DNA of 64,000 bases from Minisyncoccota bacterium (GCA_041661305.1 JBAZUR010000001.1:33591-97590), one strand, 5' to 3'. Numbered from the stretch's first letter, positions 20,422-29,994 are shown. Notes: a model not told the origin generated them from the sequence alone. Made by a program: numbers and translations.

Positions 20422-21576
20422 TTATATGCCACGCTCTGACTCTAATATTTTGTGAGGCATTTTAATCTGATGGATACGGTTCTGTATCTTTACTAGAAGC
20501 CAAGCTAAAAATAGAATAAGGATAAGGTGTAAGACCATAGCTAACCAGCCGGGAAAAAATTTAAAAAAGAAATCGTAGCGCGATACCAGAGGCCAGTGAA
20601 GCAGGTAAACTTCATAAGCATAAAGGCCAAAAAGCGAGAAAGCTTTAATCTCGAATTTTTTCAGAGAAAAAAGAAATATTACAGCGCTCATTGTGACAAG
20701 ACTAATTAACTGTTCTTTCCATAAGCTTTCTCCTACACCAGAATAGTATGCAGTATAACCAACTAAGATTAACAGGGCTGTTAAAACTCCATAATATATA
20801 ACATGCTTCATAATTCTTAGATTATTCCAAAATATATTTAATTTTTTTATTTTGTTAAGAATTATCGGTAGCCAAACTGACGATTTAGAAAACAGCGAAG
20901 CAACAGCTACACCAAGAGGGAAGGCCAACATATGTAACTGATATAAATGGAAAACACTTTCAGTGACCGGAAGATTCAACTGAAGTATGAAATATGAAGA
21001 AATATAAACAAGAATTGCTGTGAACCAAGAGTGTTTTCTGAGAAAAAGTAACGGAAAAACTAGATAATAAAAGAGGATTTGGGTAAAAAACCAAAGAGGT
21101 GAATCAATATCAGTAAATAGATCAGCGCTTCCGAAAAATCCAAATAGAGTTTTGAGAATGTATGTTGAGCTATATGAAATGTGTAGAAGGAAAAAGTCTA
21201 GTAGGAAAAAGATGATAAGAATTATCCAAAAAGGAACGAACAATCTTAATAAACGTTTTTCGTAAAACTCGCTGATTTGCAACTTCTCTTTTAACGAGCT
21301 AATGGTCAGCCCGTATCCAGATAAAAATAAAAATAAGTTTACCCCCACGCCCGCCATAATAGATAGGGGAAATAAAAAATTATGATTATCTGAAAGGAAA
21401 TAACCAACGTGGGAAAAGATTATGGCTAAAATCGCCAATCCCTTAAGTTCACGTGTTAGCTCCAAAGAAAATAGCTCATGTTTTTCTTTTCGCCTGATTG
21501 ATATAAGTAGAACAAAAACAAAAATTACTATAAATATACTGGTTGAGAGAATCGGATTATTTATATAAATCGGCAT
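20422..21576 (-). CDS. Acyltransferase family 3 (OafA/YrhL-like)
   Basis: LKGLAILAIIFSH, GVNLFLFLSGYGL, KRLLRL, YEVYLLH. Confidence 0.88.
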   Translation of the reverse strand: MPIYINNPILSTSIFIVIFVFVLLISIRRKEKHELFSLELTRELKGLAILAIIFSHVGYFLSDNHNFLFPLSIMAGVGVNLFLFLSGYGLTISSLKEKLQISEFYEKRLLRLFVPFWIILIIFFLLDFFLLHISYSSTYILKTLFGFFGSADLFTDIDSPLWFFTQILFYYLVFPLLFLRKHSWFTAILVYISSYFILQLNLPVTESVFHLYQLHMLAFPLGVAVASLFSKSSVWLPIILNKIKKLNIFWNNLRIMKHVIYYGVLTALLILVGYTAYYSGVGESLWKEQLISLVTMSAVIFLFSLKKFEIKAFSLFGLYAYEVYLLHWPLVSRYDFFFKFFPGWLAMVLHLILILFLAWLLVKIQNRIHQIKMPHKILESERGI

Positions 21577-21609
21577 AAATTATTTTAGAGGAGCCGAAGA
21601 AGTTTCAGT

Positions 21610-21779
21610 TTGTGATGTAATTCTATCCTTTGCACGAACCTTTTTCGAGCGGAGCTCGTAACGCCTCGCTTCACTCGGCGCCCACCGCGCGATTACGCGC
21701 GGTCGCCCTTCGCCCCATCGCTCTCCATTCTTTATCAGTCCGGCGGGAAATTCTTTGATTTAGGTATGGGCGATGGGGC
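21610..21779 (+). repeat. 170-bp inverted repeat, arm L
   Basis: Exact reverse complement of 27906-28075 by manual comparison. Confidence 0.92.
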
Positions 21780-22310
21780 TTCGGGCGAAATGCAAATTCA
21801 GAATACATCAATCGTGTCTCGGTCATTACTCTATCATTTTGCTTTCCTGACTTAAAGGGGTCCATCCTCGGCATTCGCCTCGGGCATTTCCGCTATGGCT
21901 ACGAGCGCCTAGATGTCTAGGAGCGGGCATTCTCTCGCCAACGGCTCAAATACCAGGAGATGAGCCGTTCGGCTCGCTTGCCCGCGACCATTTGGGGAGA
22001 GGAAGTTATCCTCTCCCCAGCGTCGGGCTCCTCCTCGCAGTGGTTAGCGGGAGTATTCAGTGCCGTATTTCCTTAGTGGTTTGCCTGTGTTTTCCTCTCG
22101 CTTTTATGTGCCTACGGAGTCCGCCCTCGCACAACCCCTCTCCTCGTTTTCAATATTTCCTTAGTAGTGTCGCTTCCGCTACTTAGCTTCGCGTTTCAAG
22201 ATAGAGTCGGCGCTCGTCCTTTAGTCATGGACGCCATAGCGGAAATGCCCGAGGCGCAAATGCATGTGCTTGCCCCTCCCTCCCGTGCGCGCACGCACCC
22301 GCTCCCTTGT

Positions 22311-22880
22311 TTAGATTTTAGAATACGATACGCTTTTTCCTGTTTTGCCTGTTTGTTTGATTTTCCCTTCTTTCGCCAGTGTTGATAGATACCTTGTCGC
22401 TGTGGCATCAGACACATGCAGGAGTTTCTCCACCTCGTCGTTAGTTATGCTTGCCCGCTTCTCAAGCAATACCAAAATCTTTTCCAGTTTCTTTCGTTTC
22501 CGGAACTGCATTGCGTTTCGCGCAATCGCTAGCAATTCACGGGCTCGGCTTCTTGGTTCTACTGCCGGAGTCGGAACTTGAGCCATTGGTTCGGGCTTCA
22601 ACGGCTCATTTGCCGGTATTTGAGCCGTTTGGGTTTGGGCTGGTTCGGCAACCGGTTCAAGAGCTAAATCAGGCTCATTTTGGGCTTCCGGTTGAGCCGT
22701 TTTCTCGGGTTCGGGGGCTTGGGCTGTAGGCTCGTTTGGTGGCTCAGAAACGGCAGGCGTATCAATGACCGGAGACGATATAACTTCGCTTGCGGGGGCT
22801 TCCACGGCCTCAGGGGGCACAGGGGAGGGTTCGGAAACGGTTGTATCTTTGGGAGGGAGTGTTAGGGGGTCTGGGGGCAT
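22311..22880 (-). CDS. Pro/Glu/Ala-rich protein with C-terminal winged HTH (DeoR-like)
   Basis: ITNDEVEKLLHVSDATATRYLSTLAKEGKI. Confidence 0.75.
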   Translation of the reverse strand: MPPDPLTLPPKDTTVSEPSPVPPEAVEAPASEVISSPVIDTPAVSEPPNEPTAQAPEPEKTAQPEAQNEPDLALEPVAEPAQTQTAQIPANEPLKPEPMAQVPTPAVEPRSRARELLAIARNAMQFRKRKKLEKILVLLEKRASITNDEVEKLLHVSDATATRYLSTLAKEGKIKQTGKTGKSVSYSKI

Positions 22881-22908
22881 ATTTATATTTTAGCAAAATA
22901 AAAAACAT

Positions 22909-24402
22909 CTATCCTAAAGCAACCAGTCCATCCTTTAGTACCATCGTGGCTTTACAGTCATCTTCGTTATATTCAAGTATCCTATTTATAACTTTTTCGT
23001 CTTTTGTATTGATATAATCATTAAACCACTGAATAGACAGTGCCCCGGATGGTGTTTCGTCGCGCCAATGAAATCCTAGATATGTAGCGAGCGCTTTGAG
23101 AGAATAGCTACCTACCGGCCAGTCTGTCATCTTAAGTACAACTTGGTATAAATCAATAACATTTGGATTATCAAAAAATTCTTCAACCTCTTTCGCTGAA
23201 ATTACCTCAGGATATTTTTTCTGCATCTTGCTATATGTAGTTTTTTCATGATGAGAATAGTAATACACGGAAAAATCTCCTTTAGGTAATGATTTTACAT
23301 AAGTCCAAAAATCTCCCCACGCTTTTTTCTCCGCGTCCGCTGTTATTTCGTGTGCAGTAAAATGCAAATAGCGTTCTCTTTCCTTTGTTCTCTCGTAAAC
23401 TCCGTGCATATAAACAAACTCTTGAGTGGGGTCATCTTCAATATCAAAAAATAACTCATGAGATACTTCAGGGAAATCTAATTCCCCATAAATAAGAGGT
23501 TTTTTAGATACCTTAAGAATTTGTGCCCTCCTAACAGCTTTCTCAAGAGTGGATTTACCTACCCCTTTAAGAAAGGTTTTGTCTTTCTCTTTCTGTTCCA
23601 GAAGTCCGTCAGTATCAATTTTTAAAAGACTATCAATAGTATTTACACCTGCATCCTCGGCAAGAACATCTCTTACTGAACGACCGACATAAAAGATGTT
23701 AGTTGGGTCATCATTATCTTTTGCCCACTTACTACAACTTAGATACCATGGGCACAACTTACAAATTCCAGACATTGCTGGCTTATTCGTTGCTTTATTT
23801 TCCATCAAAATACCAACATTGTTTTTTATTGATTCATAAAATTCCCACCATGTACGCTTATCTCTTTGCCCCATAGCGTCATTGAGATTGTAGGTGACTT
23901 CCTTTCCCTCAATATCAAGAACCACAGCACAATCATTGTTTTTAAAACCATTCTTTTTTAATACATCAACATATAAAGCTAGCTGTACTGCATAATGTTT
24001 TTTAGGTTTTCCTTCCTCGTCCTCGTCACTATTAGCCCCCTCAAAAGCAAGTCCGGACTTAATGTCTATAGGAACATAAGAACCATCAGGTTCTAAACGA
24101 AGTAGGTCTGGAATACCCAAAAGGTTGTCATAGCACAACACCCCCTGATAAATAAGAGGGATTTTGTCGGAAAGGGCTTTAATGGTTTTTTGAAATCGTT
24201 CATCAAGAGAGCCTTCTGTTAAGTCAAGGTATTCCTCAAGCAAACTAACTCGCTTTTTTTCATAAGCAATTCCTTTAGACCAAAGAAGTTCTACGAAAGG
24301 GTTAGTTTCCTTTATTTTCTCATCTTGTGGGCCGTATTCATCTCGCCAAATACGATGCGGACATTGAATATAGTCGTAAAGTTTGGATGCGGTTATATAC
24401 AT
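22909..24402 (-). CDS. TM0106 family RecB-like nuclease with RNase H-like C-terminal domain
   Basis: GIPDLL...PIDIK...QLALY; Cys cluster; FFDIE; SYSLKALA; YNEDDC. Confidence 0.88.
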   Translation of the reverse strand: MYITASKLYDYIQCPHRIWRDEYGPQDEKIKETNPFVELLWSKGIAYEKKRVSLLEEYLDLTEGSLDERFQKTIKALSDKIPLIYQGVLCYDNLLGIPDLLRLEPDGSYVPIDIKSGLAFEGANSDEDEEGKPKKHYAVQLALYVDVLKKNGFKNNDCAVVLDIEGKEVTYNLNDAMGQRDKRTWWEFYESIKNNVGILMENKATNKPAMSGICKLCPWYLSCSKWAKDNDDPTNIFYVGRSVRDVLAEDAGVNTIDSLLKIDTDGLLEQKEKDKTFLKGVGKSTLEKAVRRAQILKVSKKPLIYGELDFPEVSHELFFDIEDDPTQEFVYMHGVYERTKERERYLHFTAHEITADAEKKAWGDFWTYVKSLPKGDFSVYYYSHHEKTTYSKMQKKYPEVISAKEVEEFFDNPNVIDLYQVVLKMTDWPVGSYSLKALATYLGFHWRDETPSGALSIQWFNDYINTKDEKVINRILEYNEDDCKATMVLKDGLVALG

Positions 24403-24463
24403 ACAAGTATCAGAAAACTATACCACTTGCTTTGTTTTATTTATATACCACCTAAAATCACAA

Positions 24464-25306
24464 TTATTGATTGGTTGGTTTAGCTATACCGGAAACAACA
24501 GAATTAACTTTTGAAAATAAATCTGGACTGTTTTCCTTCTCCTTTACATGATTGTCCTTGATATTTTTCATGGGCGAGGAATAAAGATCAGTGACGGCTC
24601 CAAGAATGAAGTCAAGTTTTTGCTGATAAGTAGTGGATTGGTAGTCAGAAAAAATTTCTTCAATTATATTTTTGTATGCTTCAAATGAGCGTGCGATAGC
24701 AGCTTTAAAAGTATATTCTTCAATGAGATTTCGTATCCGACCATATTCTCTACTGGTAAAAACGACAAAATAGACAATAGGGGAAGTCAGGGCAACTTTT
24801 ATTAGAAAGCTAACTTCAAATATAGTTTCTTTTTCTAGAATCTGCCAGACAACTATACCAACGGTGGCAATAATAAGAACGACCACTGCTCCAACTAGCC
24901 ACCAAAACCATTTTATTTTCTCTTTTCCCAACTCGTCCTTAACTCCTTCAAATGTACTCGCAAGCTTCGCATTTGCAGCCACCCCAAGTTGCGCCTGAGT
25001 CTCTTTAATAAACTCTTCTACTTTCTGTTGTAACTCTTTTGTTTTTTCAACTAAGTCGGACACTTCTCCTTCTCGTGTAATAACTTGTTCGTTTAGACTT
25101 TTTACCTCTGTGGTTATGCGGTTTAGTTCTTCGCTCCGTGTTGGCAAATCGTTTAGAAAAGAATCAATGTTAGTTTTTTTAGTTTGAGCGTCATTAATAA
25201 GATTTGGTAAACCCTGTCCTTGTTGAACAAGACTGTTTAAATCACCTAATGCCGTAAGTCGCTGATTTATCTCTGTAAGGACTTGTTGTAATTCTTTTTT
25301 ATTCAC
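24464..25306 (-). CDS. Coiled-coil protein with two TM helices (hypothetical)
   Basis: Long heptad region, 2 TMs, EEYTFKAAIARSF. Confidence 0.75.
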   Translation of the reverse strand: MNKKELQQVLTEINQRLTALGDLNSLVQQGQGLPNLINDAQTKKTNIDSFLNDLPTRSEELNRITTEVKSLNEQVITREGEVSDLVEKTKELQQKVEEFIKETQAQLGVAANAKLASTFEGVKDELGKEKIKWFWWLVGAVVVLIIATVGIVVWQILEKETIFEVSFLIKVALTSPIVYFVVFTSREYGRIRNLIEEYTFKAAIARSFEAYKNIIEEIFSDYQSTTYQQKLDFILGAVTDLYSSPMKNIKDNHVKEKENSPDLFSKVNSVVSGIAKPTNQ

Positions 25307-25402
25307 AAATTTTTTTATCTAACTAATAATGTGGATAACTAGTTTTGGACTTTCTAGTTTTGTTCTAGTATAATTGATGGGTAAGAAACAAGTCAAGCCT
25401 AT

Positions 25403-26926
25403 ATGCTCACAAAACGCCAAAAAGAAGTTCTAGACTTCGTAGGAAGTTATTCCCAAAAGAAAGGTTATTCTCCATCGTTTGAAGAAATCAAAAAGCGACT
25501 TAAGCTCGCCTCTGTCTCAACTGTTCATTTCCATATATCAAAACTCAAAGAAGGTGGTTATTTAGGAAAAACAGAAAATAAGGCTCGTGCCATTAGTGTT
25601 GCGTCTAAAGAACCGATGATCAAAATCCCTCTTTTGGGAACTATCGCAGCCGGAGAGCCTATAGAGGCAATTCGTCAAAATGAGTTTATTGCTGTTCCTA
25701 AGAATGTATTACCTAGTACCGGTAATCTTTATGCTTTGAGAGTGATAGGAAATAGTATGATAGATGAAAATATTAAAAACGGAGATATTGTCTTAGTAAA
25801 ACAGCAAGATGTCGCGGAAAATGGAGAAAGGGTTGTTGCTTTAATTGATAATCATGAGGCAACGCTTAAGAAATTTTATAAAGAACGAGGATATATACGA
25901 CTTCAACCGGCAAATAAAACCTTTGAACCGATTATTATAAGAAAAGATCGTGACATTAAAATTCAAGGAGTTGTTATAGATGTTATTAAAAACGAGGAGG
26001 AATTACAGGCGGAGGAAATTACAATAATCAAAGAGACAAAAAAGGAAAGAAAGTTACCCCTTAATAAAATAATTTTAGGAGACGCTATCCAAGAACTAAG
26101 AAAACTCCCTAATGAAAGTTGTGATGTTGTTATAATTGATCCACCCTATAATATCGGTAAAGATTTTGGAAATAATATAGATAAAAGAGAACTTGGAGAA
26201 TATGTGGAGTGGTGTAAAAGTTGGATAGACGAAAGCATAAGAATCATGAAGCCAAATGGGACAATGTTTATTTATGGTTTTAGTGAAATTTTGGCTTACC
26301 TTTCTATTGAAATCCCGATACAAAAACGGTGGTTAATTTGGCATTATACAAATAAAAATGTTGCCTCACTCAATTTTTGGCAACGAAGCCATGAAGCAAT
26401 AATTTGCGCATGGAAAGATAAACCTGTTTTCAATAGGGATGAAGTTAGAGAACCATACACAGACGGCTTCCTAAATGGAGCTGCCGGCAAGGTAAGAAAA
26501 GGAACTCTCGGGAGATTTAGTAGCAGTGGTCTAGAAACTGTCTATAAAGCTCACGCGGGCGGGGCTCTGCCAAGAGATGTAATCAAAATTCCGGCTCTTG
26601 CTGGAGGAGCGGGAATGAACGAAAGATGGTTTTTGTGTAAAACCTGTGACGATGTTTGTGAACCACGACAACTGAAAAATCATGAGGGGCATGAAGTAAT
26701 GAAGCACCCGACACAAAAACCATTTGAGCTATCTAAGAAATTAATAAAATCTGCTATGCCTAAAAAGGACGGAATTGTGTTGGTTCCCTTCGTTGGTACT
26801 GGTTCAGAATGCGCGGCGGCAAAAGAATTAGGTCAATCGTATATTGGCTTTGAAATTAACCCTGACTATGTGAGGTTAGCTGAAAAAATGGTAGGCGATA
26901 AAAAATCGGTTGCCAAATTATTTTAA
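25403..26926 (+). CDS. LexA repressor fused to a beta-class N4/N6 DNA methyltransferase
   Basis: LexA part: LTKRQKEVL HTH, IAAG cleavage site, GNSM Ser, TLKK Lys. MTase part: DPPY...HPTQKP...PFVGTG. Confidence 0.9.
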   Translation: MLTKRQKEVLDFVGSYSQKKGYSPSFEEIKKRLKLASVSTVHFHISKLKEGGYLGKTENKARAISVASKEPMIKIPLLGTIAAGEPIEAIRQNEFIAVPKNVLPSTGNLYALRVIGNSMIDENIKNGDIVLVKQQDVAENGERVVALIDNHEATLKKFYKERGYIRLQPANKTFEPIIIRKDRDIKIQGVVIDVIKNEEELQAEEITIIKETKKERKLPLNKIILGDAIQELRKLPNESCDVVIIDPPYNIGKDFGNNIDKRELGEYVEWCKSWIDESIRIMKPNGTMFIYGFSEILAYLSIEIPIQKRWLIWHYTNKNVASLNFWQRSHEAIICAWKDKPVFNRDEVREPYTDGFLNGAAGKVRKGTLGRFSSSGLETVYKAHAGGALPRDVIKIPALAGGAGMNERWFLCKTCDDVCEPRQLKNHEGHEVMKHPTQKPFELSKKLIKSAMPKKDGIVLVPFVGTGSECAAAKELGQSYIGFEINPDYVRLAEKMVGDKKSVAKLF

Positions 26927-27613
26927 AGCCTCATCCATTTCCTTTTTCTTCTGCTCAAAGGCGTAAGGAGTAAAAACAACGAAACCATTAGGGAATCGTT
27001 TTAATTCTTTGTTATCTTGGAACCTTTTATATGGGAGTTTATATTCGCCGTCCTTTTTCTTTGGGTTTTCAAAATACTCACTACTTGGAACTTCATAATT
27101 AATATCAATGAACTCGCCTTCTATTTTGTTTTTGACTCCTCCCTTACCACGCCTAACCTCGCCACTGAATGATTTCTTTTTAACTTGGTAGTTCAAGATT
27201 TTGCCTCTATATGTAATTTGAAAATCTGCTCCCTGATGGTCAAGCTCGCCTGACATAGAAACTGTGCCTTCGCCAAAAACTGATTCTGCAACATAACCGG
27301 CGTGGATTTGAGTGATTATACTCGCCCATGTTCTATAAATTCTAGCGGGCAATCCTTTATGAAAACATTCTTTACACATCCCAATTTTTTCTTGAAACTT
27401 TTTAATCTCTGCCCCATATTCACTCATATACTCTTTGTAAAATTCATCAAAACTTAGAAATTCTTTCTTCCCCCAGTATATTTTGTAGAGTAGGTTAATA
27501 GCTTGGATTTCTTTTGGTAAATCCATTTCCACGATCTTAACAGGTCTATATTTTTCACGATAGGACTTAAGGTCAACTGATTGTAAAAATTTGTCGAATT
27601 TTTGGACTAGCAT
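26918..27613 (-). CDS. Type II restriction endonuclease, TaqI-like
   Basis: YREKYRPVKIVEMDLPKE, ARIYRT, ELDHQGAD, QVKK and NGFVVF resemble R.TaqI motifs as I recall them. Confidence 0.75.
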   Translation of the reverse strand: MLVQKFDKFLQSVDLKSYREKYRPVKIVEMDLPKEIQAINLLYKIYWGKKEFLSFDEFYKEYMSEYGAEIKKFQEKIGMCKECFHKGLPARIYRTWASIITQIHAGYVAESVFGEGTVSMSGELDHQGADFQITYRGKILNYQVKKKSFSGEVRRGKGGVKNKIEGEFIDINYEVPSSEYFENPKKKDGEYKLPYKRFQDNKELKRFPNGFVVFTPYAFEQKKKEMDEALK

Positions 27614-27616
27614 AAA

Positions 27617-27835
27617 TTATAGAAAATATGATGACGGTTTTTGGTATATCTCTGCAAATTTTTTCATTTCTGCCACATCAAGCCTTCTTTCACCAGATTC
27701 AATCTTTGAGATAAAAGATTGTGGTTTCCCGAGCTTATCAGCAACATCTTGCTGTGCTAATCCGGCTTCAACACGCGCCTTTTTCAAGCGTCTTATAATC
27801 TCTTTGTAGTCCTTTGAATAAACAGATTTACTCAT
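27617..27835 (-). CDS. XRE-family HTH regulator (probable RM controller protein)
   Basis: LKKARVEAGLAQQDVADKLGKPQSFISKIESGERR; lies directly upstream of the endonuclease gene. Confidence 0.85.
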   Translation of the reverse strand: MSKSVYSKDYKEIIRRLKKARVEAGLAQQDVADKLGKPQSFISKIESGERRLDVAEMKKFAEIYQKPSSYFL

Positions 27836-27863
27836 GTATTTAGTATGATATATCCTTTTATGG

Positions 27864-27886
27864 TATAATCCCAAAATAGGATTATA
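27864..27886. promoter_or_regulatory. Palindromic operator (C-box-like) upstream of the XRE gene
   Basis: TATAATCC-caaaata-GGATTATA. Confidence 0.5.
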
Positions 27887-27905
27887 TAGAGTAGTTTTAC
27901 CCCTC

Positions 27906-28075
27906 GCCCCATCGCCCATACCTAAATCAAAGAATTTCCCGCCGGACTGATAAAGAATGGAGAGCGATGGGGCGAAGGGCGACCGCGCGTAATCGCGCGG
28001 TGGGCGCCGAGTGAAGCGAGGCGTTACGAGCTCCGCTCGAAAAAGGTTCGTGCAAAGGATAGAATTACATCACAA
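27906..28075 (-). repeat. 170-bp inverted repeat, arm L'
   Basis: Reverse complement of 21610-21779. Confidence 0.92.
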
Positions 28076-28206
28076 TTTGATACATCGGCTGGATTAAGAA
28101 AAAAATCGGCGTCCGCCTTCGGCGGAGTAAGTGGAGATAAAACGAAATCTGCCTTGCGGGTGCGGGCGAAATCGGAGGGCGGGCAAAATGAGATTGAGAT
28201 AGTTTT
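28070..28206 (-). repeat. 137-bp inverted repeat, arm R'
   Basis: Reverse complement of 29624-29760; shares TCACAA (28070-28075) with L'. Confidence 0.92.
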
Positions 28207-28231
28207 TAAAGATTTTGAATCCAAAAGCGAT

Positions 28232-29818
28232 ATGTCTAAACCAAAATATTTTCTCTATGCTCGCAAGAGTACTGAAGATGACGATAAGCAAGTCATGAGT
28301 ATTGAAGCTCAATTGTTTGAACTTCGTGAGTTTGCGAGCAGAGAAAATCTTGAAATTATTGAGGAATTTCAAGAGTCAAAAAGCGCAAAGAGTCCGGGAC
28401 GAGAAGTGTTCGGCGTAATGATGATGCGTATAGAGAAAATGGGTAATGTTGGTATTCTCGCGTGGCATCCTGACCGCTTGGCGAGAAACAGTATTGATGG
28501 CGGACGCATCATTTACGCCGTAGACACTTCAAAAATCGTCTCTTTGCGTTTTCCGACATTTTGGTTTGAACCCACTCCGCAGGGGCTATTTATGCTTCAA
28601 GTGGCGTTCGGACAGTCCAAATATTATTCCGACAATTTGAAGCAGAATGTTGAACGAGGTATGCGCCAAAAACTGCGACGGGGCGAATGGCTGACACGCG
28701 CTCCCTTCGGGTATGTGAACAATCCTAAAACGCGCAATATTGAGCCGGATGTAGTGAAATCTAAAATTATTGTCCGCGCGTTTGGAGAATATGTAAAAGG
28801 AACACATACTCTAGAGTCGCTGTCGCAGTTTTTGGCTCTGCACGGTGTAGCGCAAAAGTCCGGAACGCCACTTGGCAAAGCTTCCGTGAAAAGAATTTTG
28901 ACTAATCGCGCTTATCTTGGATTCACTTTGCATCGCGGAGAATATTTTCCCGGAAGCTTTGCGCCAATTCTTTCTCCGACATTGTTTGAAGCTGTACAAA
29001 AAAGATTGGAAGAGCGAGCGCGTCCAAGACACAGCAAAATATCCCATAATTTTCCTTTCGTTGGTCTTTTTCGTTGTGGCGAGTGTGGCTCAATGATTAC
29101 CGCCCAATGGGCGACAAACCGGTGGGGTTCAAAGTATAGATATTATCGCTGTACGAAAAAGAAAGGAAAATGTTATCAGGGATATTTGAAAGAAGACGCT
29201 CTCGCTCTCCAAGTTAAGGAACAGCTTCAATCAGTGTCTATACCCCTAGCGTGGGCGGATTATATGCTCAAAAAAGTGGAAGAATTTGAGCATAACGAAA
29301 AACACGCTTCGGGAAATCGTCTCGGGCAGATGAAGGACAATCTGAAAACGCTTGAAGCGAAGTTAGACGCTCTTGTTGATTTGTATCTAAACCAAGACAT
29401 TGAGCGCGAGATATATCTGACGAAAAAGGACGCGCTCATGCGTCAAAAACTTTCGCTTCAAGCCAAATCTTCATCCGCCCGAGCCGTGAGAAAGAATTGG
29501 GTCGAACCCCTGCGGAAATGGATTTTGGATTCAAAACGCTCGGGGTTTCTCGCCACGAGCGAAAATCTCTATGAGATGAGAGATTTTCTTCGTTCCTTCG
29601 GAACGAACCCCTCGCTTAAAGACAAAACTATCTCAATCTCATTTTGCCCGCCCTCCGATTTCGCCCGCACCCGCAAGGCAGATTTCGTTTTATCTCCACT
29701 TACTCCGCCGAAGGCGGACGCCGATTTTTTTCTTAATCCAGCCGATGTATCAAATTGTGACCCTACAGGGAATCGAACCCTGGTTCCAAGCTTGAAAAGC
29801 TTGTGTCCTAACCGTTAG
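28232..29818 (+). CDS. Large serine recombinase (resolvase + recombinase + Zn-ribbon + coiled coil)
   Basis: YARKS catalytic motif, DRLARN, APFGY, CGECG...YYRC. The 3' end reads antisense through tRNA-Glu. Confidence 0.93.
   Translation: MSKPKYFLYARKSTEDDDKQVMSIEAQLFELREFASRENLEIIEEFQESKSAKSPGREVFGVMMMRIEKMGNVGILAWHPDRLARNSIDGGRIIYAVDTSKIVSLRFPTFWFEPTPQGLFMLQVAFGQSKYYSDNLKQNVERGMRQKLRRGEWLTRAPFGYVNNPKTRNIEPDVVKSKIIVRAFGEYVKGTHTLESLSQFLALHGVAQKSGTPLGKASVKRILTNRAYLGFTLHRGEYFPGSFAPILSPTLFEAVQKRLEERARPRHSKISHNFPFVGLFRCGECGSMITAQWATNRWGSKYRYYRCTKKKGKCYQGYLKEDALALQVKEQLQSVSIPLAWADYMLKKVEEFEHNEKHASGNRLGQMKDNLKTLEAKLDALVDLYLNQDIEREIYLTKKDALMRQKLSLQAKSSSARAVRKNWVEPLRKWILDSKRSGFLATSENLYEMRDFLRSFGTNPSLKDKTISISFCPPSDFARTRKADFVLSPLTPPKADADFFLNPADVSNCDPTGNRTLVPSLKSLCPNR
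29624..29760 (+). repeat. 137-bp inverted repeat, arm R
   Basis: Reverse complement of 28070-28206; lies inside the recombinase 3' end. Confidence 0.92.
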
Positions 29819-29829
29819 ACGATAGGGCC
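29758..29829 (-). tRNA. tRNA-Glu(TTC)
   Basis: Cloverleaf on the minus strand; caagc-ttTTCaa-gcttg. Confidence 0.95.
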
Positions 29830-29901
29830 AAAATTACCGAGAAAGCATACCATTTTTTGCTAAAAATGCAAAAAACCGCTATGATTTAGAACGTTCAAAA
29901 C

Positions 29902-29991
29902 GGAGATGTGGCTGAGCGGTTGAAGGCACCACACTCGAAATGTGGCATGGGGGTAACCTCATCGGAGGTTCGAATCCTCCCATCTCCGCCA
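29902..29991 (+). tRNA. tRNA-Ser(CGA)
   Basis: ccaca-ctCGAaa-tgtgg; long variable arm; encoded CCA. Confidence 0.95.
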
Positions 29992-29994
29992 ATA

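Larger units (their letters stand above)
21610..29760. mobile_element. Integrative island at the tRNA-Glu 3' end (serine recombinase plus RM cargo)
   Basis: TTGTGA at both ends (the right one overlaps the tRNA-Glu 3' end); recombinase gene; long internal inverted repeats. Confidence 0.8.

Noticed and set aside
28024-28224. Independent small gene
   Set aside because: It is the inverted-repeat copy of the recombinase 3' end; treated under the junction findings.
21610-29760. Prophage
   Set aside because: No capsid, terminase, tail or replication genes are recognisable.
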